Shown here: piece by piece, positions 27,782 to 39,584 of the stretch | How positions within the stretch are numbered: position 1 is the first letter of the stretch | Layout of the letters: each line of letters opens with the position of its first letter | Origin: Candidatus Eiseniibacteriota bacterium | Lineage (GTDB): Bacteria; Eisenbacteria; RBG-16-71-46; SZUA-252 | Direction: 5' to 3' | NCBI GenBank assembly: GCA_963703225.1 | Contig: OY969801.1 | Location: forward strand, 1,195,096 to 1,259,095 | Length of the DNA stretch: 64,000 nt | The notes under the pieces: model-generated | The model's input: only the letters and a program-made list of their open reading frames with translations | The model's database searches: none | Told to the model about the DNA's origin: nothing | Program-made: the position numbers and the translations under genes

Positions 27782-29886
27782 GTGATTTCGCGGCGGACAA
27801 GCGCCTCCGGCGGGTGGTTCGTCCTCGTTCTTGCTCTCGCGTTGGCGGGATCCCTTGCCCCGAGGGTCGGCGCCGCGCGAAATCCCTGCGCCCGCCGACA
27901 CGGCCCGCGCCGCCGGTGCCGATCAGCCCGACTCCTCGCTTCTCGTCCGGACGGCTGCCCCCCGATACGTCGCGCGCCGCGAACCGTGCCGCGCCCGACA
28001 CGAGTGTCGCCGCGCCGCAATCCGTCGCTGGACTTCGAGGAGCAGCGAAAGCGGGGCGACGTTTCGCTGGAGCAGGCGTTCCGCGGCCGGAGGGGAGCGC
28101 TTCTTCTTCCTCTTCCCGTTTTCGGGGGCACGACAGGCGCGCTCTTGGCTCGCCGACGCGGGTTCGGGAATCCGAACCACCCCGCTCGGCTCCGTGGCCG
28201 ACGTCGCCACCGACCGGCAGCTATTCTCCGCGACCACCTACGGAATCGGCATCTTCGACCTCGGGGTCGCGCTCGACGATCCGCGCGCGGACGGGGTCGA
28301 GACGCTCGACTTCACGAGCCTCCGAAGCGCGCTTACGCCCGGCGCCGTTTCTGCACGCGGGGGATCTCTTGACCCGCCCCGCCGCCGAGCGCTTGTTTCC
28401 GCGGGTCATGCCGGGGGAGGGGCGAATGCTCAGGCGCGCCCGAAGTGCGCTCTACTATGGATCGGGGGAGGGAGGAGTGCTCGACACGGGCGCCCGCTTC
28501 GTCTCGTCCAGCATCGGACGAGGGGTGGGCGGCTCCTACGCCCGCCACGAGGCTGACGGAATTTCTCCACTCCGCCGCGGGATCTCATCCCGCTACGCGC
28601 TCGCGGCCGGGCTTCCGCGCGCGCTCGGCCACACGTTCTGGGTGGAGGGGAGCCTGTTCCAGTGGGACGTCGAGGACGAAGCATGGCATGTCGATCCGTT
28701 CACGAGCGACGTCACCACCGCGCCCGCCCGCGCGGAGGTCAGCTCCCGCGATTTGACCCTGCACGCGCGCCGCTCAGGCGACCGCTGGGCGAGCGCCTGG
28801 ACCCTCCGGGGTGGAAACGCCAAGCGGACGCGGGTGGACGTCGACGGCGGTCGCGAGCGCTGGGAATACCCGGGTTGGGCCGCGGAGTGGAATGGGACAC
28901 TCGAACCCTCGCCGGGCTGGACCGCGCTCGGCCTCCTTTCGGCAACTTCGCGCCGGATCGAGTATCGGGTGGACCAAAGCCCGCTCTTCGACCCGCGCAG
29001 GGAAACGGCGAAGGTCGGCGCCGGGCTGAGACGATCGCTCGCCGCGACGGCCGGGATCGGGGTTGACCTGACCGCCGACTGGCGCGAGACGGAGTCGACG
29101 CTTCTGAACGGTCGCGTTTCGATGTGGGGCGATGGAACGCGCGCCAAGGGCCGGGTCGATCTGGAGTGGTCCCACGAGCGACCTTCGTGGGTGGATCTCC
29201 TCTCGCCGACCCGCGTCATCGACGCGCCCCATCTACCCGATTTCGTGAAGACGCTACGGCTCGAGCGGTCGGGCGATCCGTCCCTTGCGCCGCGCACGCT
29301 GGCCGGCGGGCTCGCCCGCGGGAGCTTTGAGTTCTCCCGGCGATTTCAGCTCGAGGCCGAGGGATCCGTTCGGAGAGTCCACGATGACTTCGGATGGGGT
29401 CTCTCGATCGTCGACACCATCGACACGCTCTTCGTCAATACGCACGCCGCGAATCGGGGGGACGGCTGGACGTCCTACGGCGCGCTGGGTTTTCTGCTGC
29501 GGCCGGGTCCTGGGCGCCTGCGCGGATTGGCCTGGGTACGCGGCGGCCCGGACAACCTCTCGCCCCAATCGGCGTCGCCGCCCCAATATGGTGGAGAACT
29601 CTCCGCCGACATCCGCGTGACCTTGTTCAAGGGGGACCTCCCGCTGGAGCTGGGGTTCGATCTCCACGCGCAGGGTCCGAGGGAGGGTCTGTTCGACGAG
29701 CCTGGCTCGGCCTCGTCCGACATTTCCGCGCGGGCCGACTTCGGAGCCGCCGGCGCCTTTGCTCAGTTCGACAACGTCTTCGATCGCCGCGTCCCGAGCG
29801 CGATCTACGACGTGTCGGGCGGGCAGCCGGTCGATATGCCAGGGCGGTCGTTCCACTTCGGACTTGTCTGGTACCTGTTCGACTGA
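27782..29886 (+). CDS. outer-membrane beta-barrel protein of unknown function; at least two frameshifts in N-terminal third
   Basis: signal peptide MISRRTSASGGWFVLVLALALAGSLAP (GTG start); good protein sequence continues in frames of ORFs 27831.. and 27814..; C-terminal ...SFHFGLVWYLFD. Confidence 0.6.
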
Positions 29887-29913
29887 TCGGAGGGGGCCGT
29901 GTGGGGGAGGGAG

Positions 29914-30387
29914 ATGCGGGCCGGGCTCGTGTTCGTCCTGGCCTCGCTCCTCGCGGGGGGCGCGTTCCGGGAGTGGAAGCGGACCCATGAACCTCGCTTC
30001 GCCGATCTGGTCGCCGATCTCCAGTCGGCGGCACGGAATCGCGGCAGCCCAGTAGCCGCCGCGTCCGACTCGTTCCACGTTCAAGCAGGCGATCCGCATC
30101 AGGGCGGCCCCCAACCGGAGCGCGGGGGCCGCGGCCTTGCCTGGCCACTCATCCCGGCGAAGGTGGACCTGAACCATTCGACGGCCCCGGAGCTGGAGCG
30201 CCTCCCGGGAATCGGCCCCGCGCTCGCGGCCCGGATCGTCGCCGACCGGGAATCCCGCGGTCCTTACGGGAGCCCCGAATCGCTGCTTCGCGTGCCCGGC
30301 ATCGGCCCGCGAATTCTCGCCCGCCTCCGCCCCTATCTCGCGGCACCAACCGGGACGGCCGATTCCGGGTCGCCGATCGCAAACTGA
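29914..30387 (+). CDS. comEA: competence protein ComEA-like helix-hairpin-helix DNA-binding protein
   Basis: N-terminal membrane anchor; tandem HhH motifs VDLNHSTAPELERLPGIGPALAARIV and LLRVPGIGPRILARL. Confidence 0.8.
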   Translation: MRAGLVFVLASLLAGGAFREWKRTHEPRFADLVADLQSAARNRGSPVAAASDSFHVQAGDPHQGGPQPERGGRGLAWPLIPAKVDLNHSTAPELERLPGIGPALAARIVADRESRGPYGSPESLLRVPGIGPRILARLRPYLAAPTGTADSGSPIAN

Positions 30388-30404
30388 GCACGGCAATCTG
30401 CAAG

Positions 30405-30445
30405 GAATCCGGCGCTCTGCATCGCGCCGTGCGAATTCCGGCGCC
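30405..30445 (+). promoter_or_regulatory. direct repeats GAATCCGGCGC / GAATTCCGGCGCC, candidate sigma-54 activator (PilR-type) binding region 70-110 bp upstream of pilB promoter
   Basis: two 11-13 bp direct repeats 17 bp apart located at enhancer distance from -24 element at 30513. Confidence 0.25.
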
Positions 30446-30512
30446 CGGCGCCATCGGCTAAGACCTTCGCAGCGCTCGTGATCTGTCGGATTTGCACGGG
30501 CCGTCCGACGGG

Positions 30513-30528
30513 TGGCACCCCTCTTGCG
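30513..30528 (+). promoter_or_regulatory. sigma-54 (-24/-12) promoter TGGCAC-N5-TTGCG upstream of pilB
   Basis: exact match to TGGCAC-N5-TTGC consensus, 79 nt upstream of GTG 30607. Confidence 0.65.
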
Positions 30529-30606
30529 AAACGTCTCCTGGCCATACCCCTGCCTTTGTCGCGGGAACCCGCCAACTCGAGCTGAAACGACATAGAGGGC
30601 CAGAGC

Positions 30607-32308
<1,702 letters not shown>

Positions 32309-32329
32309 CCGCGTCACGGAGGGGAATAC

Positions 32330-33424
32330 ATGGTCTCGCTGCGCCAGCTGCTGGACGAGATGATCAAGCTGAGGGCCTCGGACCTGCATCTCACGGCGGG
32401 AGTCCCGCCGCAGTTCCGCATCGACGGATCGATCCAGGCCATGGCGCATCCGCCGCTGACGCCGCAGATGACGCAGCAGCTCGCGTACAGCGTGCTGACG
32501 GACGAGCAGCGGAAGCGCTTCGAGACGACCAAGGAGCTGGACCTCTCGTTCGGCGTGCCAGGGCTTGAGCCGCTTCCGCGCCAACGTCTTCCTGCAGCGC
32601 GGCGTCACGTCCGTGGCGATCCGCCAGATTCCGTACGAGATCCTTTCGTGCGAGCACGCTCGGGCTGCTCGACGGTCATCCGGGACCTCACGCCGAAGCA
32701 GAAGGGGCTGCGTCCTGGTCACCGGGCCGACCGGCAGCGGCAAGTCGACCACGCTCGCGGCCATGATCGACCTGATCAACTCGACCCGCGCCGGGCCACA
32801 TCATCACGATCGAGGACCCGATCGAGTACGTCCACCACCACAAGAAGTGCATCGTCAACCAGCGCGAGGTGAACTCCGACACCGACGACGTTCGCCGACG
32901 GCGCTCAAGTACGTGCTGCGGCAGGATCCGGACGTGATTCTGATCGGTGAAATGCGGGATCTCGAGACGATCGCGGCGGCGCTGACGATCGCCGAGACCG
33001 GACACCTGGTCTTCGCCACGCTCCACACGAACTCGACCTACGAGTCGATCAACCGCATCGTCGACGCGTTCCCGGCCGACCAGCAGCAGCAGGTCCTCTC
33101 CCAGCTCGCCTTCGTGCTTGGAGGGCGTGGTCACCCAGCAGCTCATTCCCACGAGCCAAGGGCCCGGGCCGCGTGCATGGTGCGCCGAGATGCTGGTCTG
33201 CACGCCGGCGGTCCGGGCCGTGATCCGCGAGCGGCAAGACGCACCAGATCTACAGCCTCATGCAGGCCGGGCAGAAGCACGGCATGCAGACGATGAACCA
33301 GGGTCTCTTCCAGGCGTTCGCCAACAAGTACATCTCGCTCGACGAGGCGCTGGGGCGCAGCTCCGACGTGAAGGAGCTCGAGGGGATGCTCGAAAAGGTC
33401 GGAGTGCACGTCCCGGCGTACTAG
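32330..33424 (+). CDS. pilT: twitching-motility retraction ATPase PilT; multiple frameshifts
   Basis: [25 protein letters not shown]-terminus, Walker [21 protein letters not shown], His box [13 protein letters not shown]-terminal [10 protein letters not shown] in differing frames. Confidence 0.85.
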
Positions 33425-33445
33425 CCGAACCGAGGGGGAAGCATC

Positions 33446-34682
33446 GTGCCTGTCTTCGTTTGGAAGGGCCGGACGCTCGGGGGGGAGATCCAGACCGGCG
33501 AGCTGACGGTCGACTCCCAGGACGAGGCCCTCGCCGCGCTCCGCAAGAAGCGGATCATCATCACGTCCGTCCGCGAGAAGCGCGGAGGACGTCAAGTTCA
33601 GCCATGCCTACGTTCGGGCCCGCCGGTGACCACGCGCGACCTGGCGATCTTCACCCGCCAGTTCGCGACCATGATCAACGCCGGTCTTCCGCTGGTCCAG
33701 TGCCTGGACATCCTCTCCAAGCAGACCGAGAAGGCGACGTTCCGGCGCGATCATCGGCCGACGTCATGCGCGACGTCGAGGCCGGCACGACGCTGGCCGA
33801 GGCCCTCGCGAAGAAGGAGCACAAGAAGGTCTTCGACGAGCTGTTCGTGCAACATGGTGGAGGCCGGCGAGGCGGGCGGTATCCTGGACGAGATCCTCAT
33901 GCGCCTCGCGACCTTCATCGAGAAGGCCGAGGCCCTGAAGCGCAAGGTCCAGAGCGCGATGGTCTACCCGGCGGTCGTCATGACCGTCGCGATCGTGGCC
34001 ACGACCTTCATGCTCATCTTCATCATCCCGACCTTCGCCAAGATCTTCATCGCGACTTCGGCGGCGAGCTGCCGCTGCCCGACGAAGATCGTCATGGTGC
34101 TCTCCGATTTCCTCCGCAGGCTACTGGTGGATCATGCTGGGCGTCGTCATCGGCGCTGATCGTCGGCGTGCAGCGCTACTACCCGACCGAGGGCGGCAGG
34201 ATGCAGATCGACAAGCTGCTGCTCCGGATTCCGGTGCTCGGCGACGTGCTCCGCAAGGGCTCGGTCGCGCGCTTCACGCGCACGCTCGGCACGCTGATCG
34301 CCTCGGGCGTGCCGATTCTGACGGGCCTCGAGATCACGGCCCGGACCGCGGGCAACAAGGTGATCGAGGAGGCGATCATGGCCGCCCGGGCCAGCATCCG
34401 CGAGGGCGAGACGATCTCCGCGCCGCTGCGCCAGTCGAGCGTCTTCCCGCCGATGGTGGTGCAGATGATCTCGGTCGGCGAGGAGACCGGCGCGCTCGAC
34501 GAGATGCTCACCAAGATCGCCGATCTTCTACGACGCCGAGGTCGACACGGCGGTCGATACGCTGACCTCGATCATCGAGCCGGTCATGATCGTGTTCATG
34601 GGCGACTGTCGTCGGCGGCATGGTCGTCGCCATGTACCTGCCGATGTTCAAGCTGGTCAATGTGGTTGCCGGCGGGCACTGA
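33446..34682 (+). CDS. pilC: type IV pilus platform protein PilC; multiple frameshifts
   Basis: GspF-domain blocks (AIFTRQFATMINAGLPLVQCLDIL; PLRQSSVFPPMVVQMISVGEETGALDEML) present in successive frames; GTG start with GAGGGGGA RBS. Confidence 0.8.
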
Positions 34683-34711
34683 GCGCCGGGAGGCCGGATC
34701 CGGCCGACTCA

Positions 34712-36418
34712 ATGCTATCGGAAGGGGACCCGCAGCTCCGCCAGGCGGTCCGGGCGGTCATCCTTGGCCGGATGGCGCTCATCACGCTGGTGGCCGCGAT
34801 GGCCGTGGCCTTCTCGGACTCCGGCCTGAGCCTGACCCGGCACTACCCGTTTGCGTTCCTGGTCGTGCTCTCGGCGGGATTGGCTGTGGCGTACCACCAC
34901 GCGGCGAAGAGCGGGGCGGAGGTGAACGCCCTGCTCACGACGCAGTTCTTGGTCGACGTTGCGGTGATTTCGTATCTCCTCCTGTTCACCGGGGGCACCT
35001 CCAGCCAGTTCGCGCCGCTCTACCTGCTGGCGCCGCTGATGGGAGGGATCTTCCTCACGGTGCGCGGGGGACTGCTCTTCGCGGCGGCCGCGACGGTCGC
35101 GTATGGAGCGTTCTACGTCGCGGAAGTCGGCGGGATGGTCCTGCCGATGGCGTACGGGTTGACCGAGCGCTTGAGCGAGCCCGCGCTTCGGATTCGCCTG
35201 ATCCTGTACGTGCCGCTTCTGTTCGTCGTGGGGGCGATCGGGGGCGCGATCGGGAGGTCGCTTCGAGAGGGCAGGCTCGCGCTGGACGAAGCCCGCACGC
35301 AGCTCAATCGGGCGCTGTTCGATACCGAGACGATCCTCGAAAACCTATCGAGCGGTCTCGCAACGATCGACGCGGGCGGTTCGGTGCGCCATTGGAATCG
35401 GGCAGCGGGAGAAATCTTCTCGATCCCGGCCTCTGCGGTTCAGGGGAAGCACTATCTGGAGAGCTTTGGTCCGGGGTTGGAGGCTTTCGCCTCACGGCTC
35501 CGCGATTCGTTGGAGCGGGGCGCTGAAGGAACGAGGTTTGAGGTGACGGTTTCGACGAAGAACGGCCGGACGGTTCCGCTCGGCATCTCGACGAGCCTTT
35601 TGCTCGGCTCGTCCGGCGAGCGGCGCGGGGTGATCGCGCTCTTCCAGGATCTCTCCGAGGTGAAGGCTCTGGAAGAGCGAATTCGTAGGGGCGAGACGCT
35701 GGCGGCGATCGGAGAGCTATCCGCGGGGATCGCGCACGAAATCCGGAACTGCCTGAACCCGATCAGCGGCTCGGTGGAGGTGCTTCAGAAGGAGCTGAAG
35801 GTGGAAGGAGAGAACGCGAGACTCCTCGACCTGGTGGTCCGGGAGTCGGAGCGGCTCGAGCACTTTGTCTCCGAGCTTCTCGAGTATGCCCGCGAACGTC
35901 CGCTGAAAACGGAGATCGTCGAAGCAGCGGCCCTCGCGTCGGAGTCTATCGAGATCGCGCGGCGTCATCCGAGCGCGGCGCCAGGGAAGCGGGTATCGCT
36001 GGACGGTCCACGATCGCCCGTCTGGATCAAGGTCGACTTCGACCAGATGAAGCAGGTGATGACGAATCTCTTGATCAATGCCTTGGAAGCGATCGGGGAG
36101 TCCGGAACCGTGACGGTGGTGATCCGGGAGGATCAGCGGGCACCCGGAGCCTGGGGGCGGGCGGGCGGTCGCCGGGCCGTCCTGGAGGTAACCGATACGG
36201 GCGAGGGAATCGCGCCCAAGGACGTGAATCAGGTATTCGAGCCGTTCTTCTCCACCAAGCAGGGCGGAACCGGGCTCGGTCTGGCGATCGCCAATCGGAT
36301 CGTCGAGCGCCATGGTGGAAATGTCGAAGTCGAGAGCCGGGTCGGCGTGGGGACCACGATGCGAGTGTGGATTCCCCAGGCAGACAATCCGGCGCGAACC
36401 GTCGCGCACGCGGCATAA
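34712..36418 (+). CDS. pilS: sensor histidine kinase, PilS-like (polytopic N-terminal domain + HisKA + HATPase_c)
   Basis: six hydrophobic segments, H-box ELSAGIAHEIRN, N/G1/G2 boxes (MTNLLINALEA, DTGEGI, GGTGLGLAI); intact ORF. Confidence 0.8.
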   Translation: MLSEGDPQLRQAVRAVILGRMALITLVAAMAVAFSDSGLSLTRHYPFAFLVVLSAGLAVAYHHAAKSGAEVNALLTTQFLVDVAVISYLLLFTGGTSSQFAPLYLLAPLMGGIFLTVRGGLLFAAAATVAYGAFYVAEVGGMVLPMAYGLTERLSEPALRIRLILYVPLLFVVGAIGGAIGRSLREGRLALDEARTQLNRALFDTETILENLSSGLATIDAGGSVRHWNRAAGEIFSIPASAVQGKHYLESFGPGLEAFASRLRDSLERGAEGTRFEVTVSTKNGRTVPLGISTSLLLGSSGERRGVIALFQDLSEVKALEERIRRGETLAAIGELSAGIAHEIRNCLNPISGSVEVLQKELKVEGENARLLDLVVRESERLEHFVSELLEYARERPLKTEIVEAAALASESIEIARRHPSAAPGKRVSLDGPRSPVWIKVDFDQMKQVMTNLLINALEAIGESGTVTVVIREDQRAPGAWGRAGGRRAVLEVTDTGEGIAPKDVNQVFEPFFSTKQGGTGLGLAIANRIVERHGGNVEVESRVGVGTTMRVWIPQADNPARTVAHAA

Positions 36419-36443
36419 CTCTCTCTACAGCGAGGATGGTCCT

Positions 36444-37828
36444 GTGGCCGGCGAGAAAATCCTAATCGTAGACGACGAAGAGAGCATGGTTCAGTTCCTC
36501 TCGATCCTCCTTTCCAAGGAGGGTTATGAGGTTCGCGTCGCGCGTTCGGGCCGGGATGCCCTGCAGCATGCGGAGGAGGAGAATTTCGATGTCGTGGTGA
36601 CCGACATCAAGATGCCTGGGGAGATCGACGGGTTCGGCGTGCTCTCAGGGGTCAAGAAGATCGACCCCAGCATTCCGGTCGTGATCCGGACGGCGTTCGC
36701 CTCTCAGAAGTCGGCCATCGAGGCACTGAACCGCGGCGCCTACCAGTATCTCGAGAAGAGCGCCAAGAACGACGAGATCCGGCTCGTCATCAAAAACGCG
36801 CTCGCCATGCGGCGGGTGCAGTCCGAGAACGTGCTTCTCAAGCGCCAGCTCAAGAGAACGGATGACTCCAAGGAGATCATCGGGCACAGCGAGCAGATCC
36901 AGAAGGTGCTGAAGCTGGTGGAGAGGGTGGCCGACACCGACTCCACGATCCTGATCGTGGGCGAGAGCGGCACGGGCAAGGAGCTGATCGCCAAGCGCGA
37001 TCCACTACTTGAGCCGCAAGTGCGACGGTCCGTTCGTCTCCATCAACTGCGGGGCGCTGCCCAAGGATCTGCTGGAGTCGAACCTGTTCGGCCACGTCAA
37101 GGGCTCCTTCACCGGTGCGGTGCGCGACCAGGAAGGATTGCTGGCCGTGGCAGGGGGAGGCTCGTTCTTCCTCGACGAGGTGGGTGAAACCCTGCCGGCG
37201 ACCCAGGTCAAGCTTCTGCGCGCGCTGCAGGAGCGCGAGATCATCCCGGTGGGCGGTACCAAGCCTCGGAAGATCGACGTGCCGGCTCATCGCCGCGACG
37301 AACGCCGACCTCGAGCGGGCCGTCTCGGAGAACCGATTCCGGGCCGATCTCTACTACCGGCTCAACGTGATCCAGATCCGCCTTCCGGCGCTCCGCGAGC
37401 GAAAGGACGACATCGAGGAGATGGTCGAGCACTTCCTGAAGAAGCTGACCGCCGGGAAGGAGCCGAAGACGCTGAGCAAGGAGTCCCGAGACATCCTCCT
37501 CGCCTACGACTGGCCGGGCAACGTCCGCGAGCTGGAGAACGTCATCGAGCGTGCGGTCATCCTGACCGAGAACGGCGTGATCGCGCCGGAAGATCTGCCC
37601 GAGCGGGTTCTGGAAGGCGGAAAGGGGCGGGGGAGCCTCGTCATCGACAATCCCAACATGACCCTGGACGAGCTGGAGCGGGAGTACATCCTCAAGGTGC
37701 TCCACCACACCAGCGGTCAGAAGAAGAGGGCATCGGAGATCCTGGGGATCAACCCGTCCACGCTCTACCGCAAGCTTCTTTCCTACGGCCTGCTGCACGA
37801 GAAGGACGGTATCGAGCTGGAAGCATAG
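36444..37828 (+). CDS. pilR: sigma-54-dependent response regulator (NtrC family), PilR-like; two frameshifts (ca. 37000, 37290)
   Basis: REC domain (ILIVDDE...D...MP), AAA+ with GESGTGKE and GAFTGA-like GSFTGA motif, ESELFGH-like SNLFGH, C-terminal HTH; parts in three frames. Confidence 0.85.
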
Positions 37829-37846
37829 CGGCCGCAATTTGACCGG

Positions 37847-37882
37847 CCCCGCATCCCACATTGCAATATGTGGTTTGCGGGG
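37847..37882 (+). promoter_or_regulatory. 36-bp nested palindrome CCCCGCA-tc-CCACA-TTGCAATA-TGTGG-ttt-TGCGGGG between pilR and pilin-1: candidate enhancer (UAS) or pilR terminator
   Basis: two nested inverted repeats read directly; lies 120-155 bp upstream of the pilin-1 sigma-54 promoter. Confidence 0.35.
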
Positions 37883-38001
37883 TCCCCACGGTGCATGTTG
37901 CCCGTTTGAAGGTCCTCGGACCCCACTGGCCCGACCCATCCCATCCGGCAACCCACTGCAAAATCAGGAGATACTCGACACGCGGCCGGCCATTTCTCCC
38001 A

Positions 38002-38017
38002 TGGCATGGACGTTGCT
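38002..38017 (+). promoter_or_regulatory. sigma-54 promoter TGGCAT-N5-TTGCT upstream of pilin-1
   Basis: -24 GG / -12 GC elements with correct spacing, 69 nt upstream of GTG 38086. Confidence 0.6.
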
Positions 38018-38085
38018 TTGACCCATGGGTGAAGACGCACACTCACCCGGTCAGGGAAGACTGGGTCGAAGGGAGGTGTTGGCAC

Positions 38086-38496
38086 GTGGTCCGAGACTCG
38101 AAGGGTTTCACTTTGATCGAGCTGATGATCGTCGTCGTGATCATCGGGATCTTGGCGGCAATCGCGATTCCAAACTTCATCGAAATGCAGGACCGAGCAC
38201 GCGAAGCAAGCGTGAAAGCGAACATGCACACGGTTCAGATGGCGATCGAAGACTTCGCGACGAAGAGCCAAGGAACGTATCCGGTGGCGGCGGACGCCGC
38301 GACGGTAAAGACGAGCATGCCCAAAGGCTTGTGGCCGACCAATCCGTTCACGGGTGTGGCTGATGAGGTCCCGCTCTGGGATGCGGATCCGGCAGCAATG
38401 GGCCGTTTCGGCGTGAACCCGGCGACGGTCGCGGGCTACACCATCAAGGGATACGGCAAGAATGCGCTGGTGTCGTTGCAGCTCAAGAACGGCTAA
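38086..38496 (+). CDS. pilA: type IVa major pilin (PilA-like), copy 1 (divergent)
   Basis: prepilin leader MVRDSKG|FTLIELMIVVVIIGILAAIAIPNF; RBS GGGAGGTG; about 136 aa. Confidence 0.85.
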   Translation: MVRDSKGFTLIELMIVVVIIGILAAIAIPNFIEMQDRAREASVKANMHTVQMAIEDFATKSQGTYPVAADAATVKTSMPKGLWPTNPFTGVADEVPLWDADPAAMGRFGVNPATVAGYTIKGYGKNALVSLQLKNG

Positions 38497-38525
38497 GGAC
38501 AGCCAAACTCGAAAGGAGTACTACC

Positions 38526-38933
38526 ATGATTCGCAACCAGAAGGGCTTCACCCTGATCGAGCTGATGATCGTGGTCGTGATCATCGGCATCTTGGCGGCG
38601 ATCGCGATTCCGAACTTCGTCGCCATGCAGAACCGCGCCCGCGAGGCGAGCGTGAAGGCGAACATGCACAGCTTCCAGCTCGCGATCGAGGACTTCGCGG
38701 TCAAGAACACCGGCACCTATCCGGTGGCTGCGGACGCTGCGGCCGTGCAGGCGAACATGCCGAGCGGCACGTGGCCGACGAACCCGTTCACGAACGTTGT
38801 TAACGAGGCTGCCCTCTGGGTGGCTCCGGCCGCTCAGGGCCGTTATGGCACGAGCGTGTCGACGACGACCGGGTACACGATCCAGGGTTTTGGCAAGACG
38901 GCGCTGCTCACCCTGCAGCTGACCAACGGTTAA
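38526..38933 (+). CDS. pilA: type IVa major pilin (PilA-like), copy 2
   Basis: leader MIRNQKG|FTLIELMIV...; 135 aa; AAAGGAG RBS; 30 nt after pilin-1 stop. Confidence 0.9.
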   Translation: MIRNQKGFTLIELMIVVVIIGILAAIAIPNFVAMQNRAREASVKANMHSFQLAIEDFAVKNTGTYPVAADAAAVQANMPSGTWPTNPFTNVVNEAALWVAPAAQGRYGTSVSTTTGYTIQGFGKTALLTLQLTNG

Positions 38934-38949
38934 TCATTAACCGGCCAAG

Positions 38950-38992
38950 GGGCGGCAGATCCCAGGTTTTCGGGGCTGCCGCCCTTCTTTTT
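38950..38992 (+). terminator. Rho-independent terminator after pilin-2 (GGGCGGCAG...CTGCCGCCC + TTCTTTTT)
   Basis: 9-bp GC-rich inverted repeat followed by T-run. Confidence 0.65.
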
Positions 38993-39036
38993 GGCCACAG
39001 GAAGGCCCCAGGTGGCGGTGACAAATCCACTGCGGG

Positions 39037-39052
39037 TGGCACGCCTCTTGCC
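39037..39052 (+). promoter_or_regulatory. sigma-54 promoter TGGCAC-N5-TTGCC upstream of pilin-3
   Basis: perfect consensus, 72 nt upstream of ATG 39124. Confidence 0.65.
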
Positions 39053-39123
39053 CGGAACGTCTGTGGTGGAACGTGGTTCCCCACGGCGACGGGCGGTAAA
39101 GAGCCTGCGAAAGGAGATTCACA

Positions 39124-39531
39124 ATGCTCCACAACGACAAGGGTTTCACTCTGATCGAGCTGATGATCGTGGTCGTGATCATCGGCATCTTGGCGGCCAT
39201 CGCGATTCCGAACTTCGTGGCCATGCAGAACCGCGCCCGCGAGGCGAGCGTGAAGGCGAACATGCACAGCTTCCAGCTCGCGATCGAGGACTTCGCGGTC
39301 AAGAACACCGGCACCTATCCGGTGGCTGCGAACGCTGCGGCCGTGCAGGCGAACATGCCGAGCGGCACGTGGCCGACGAACCCGTTCACGAACGTTGTTA
39401 ACGAGGCTGCTCTCTGGGTGGCTCCGGCCGCTCAGGGCCGTTATGGCACGAGCGTGTCGACGACGACCGGGTACACGATCCAGGGTTTTGGCAAGACGGC
39501 GCTGCTCACCCTGCAGCTGACCAACGGCTAA
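39124..39531 (+). CDS. pilA: type IVa major pilin (PilA-like), copy 3 (differs from copy 2 at 1 mature residue plus leader)
   Basis: leader MLHNDKG|FTLIEL...; nucleotide sequence from codon 9 onward about 98-99% identical to 38550..38933. Confidence 0.9.
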   Translation: MLHNDKGFTLIELMIVVVIIGILAAIAIPNFVAMQNRAREASVKANMHSFQLAIEDFAVKNTGTYPVAANAAAVQANMPSGTWPTNPFTNVVNEAALWVAPAAQGRYGTSVSTTTGYTIQGFGKTALLTLQLTNG

Positions 39532-39584
39532 TCAGACCTCGACCGACGACCGGTCGAACAGCCTCTAGGGGGATTCGTAACGCC

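Noticed and set aside
38526-39531. Near-identical 400-bp direct repeats as possible IS element or mobile cassette
   Set aside because: Each repeat is a complete pilin ORF with prepilin leader. There is no transposase, terminal inverted repeats or target-site duplication, so this is a gene duplication, not a mobile element.
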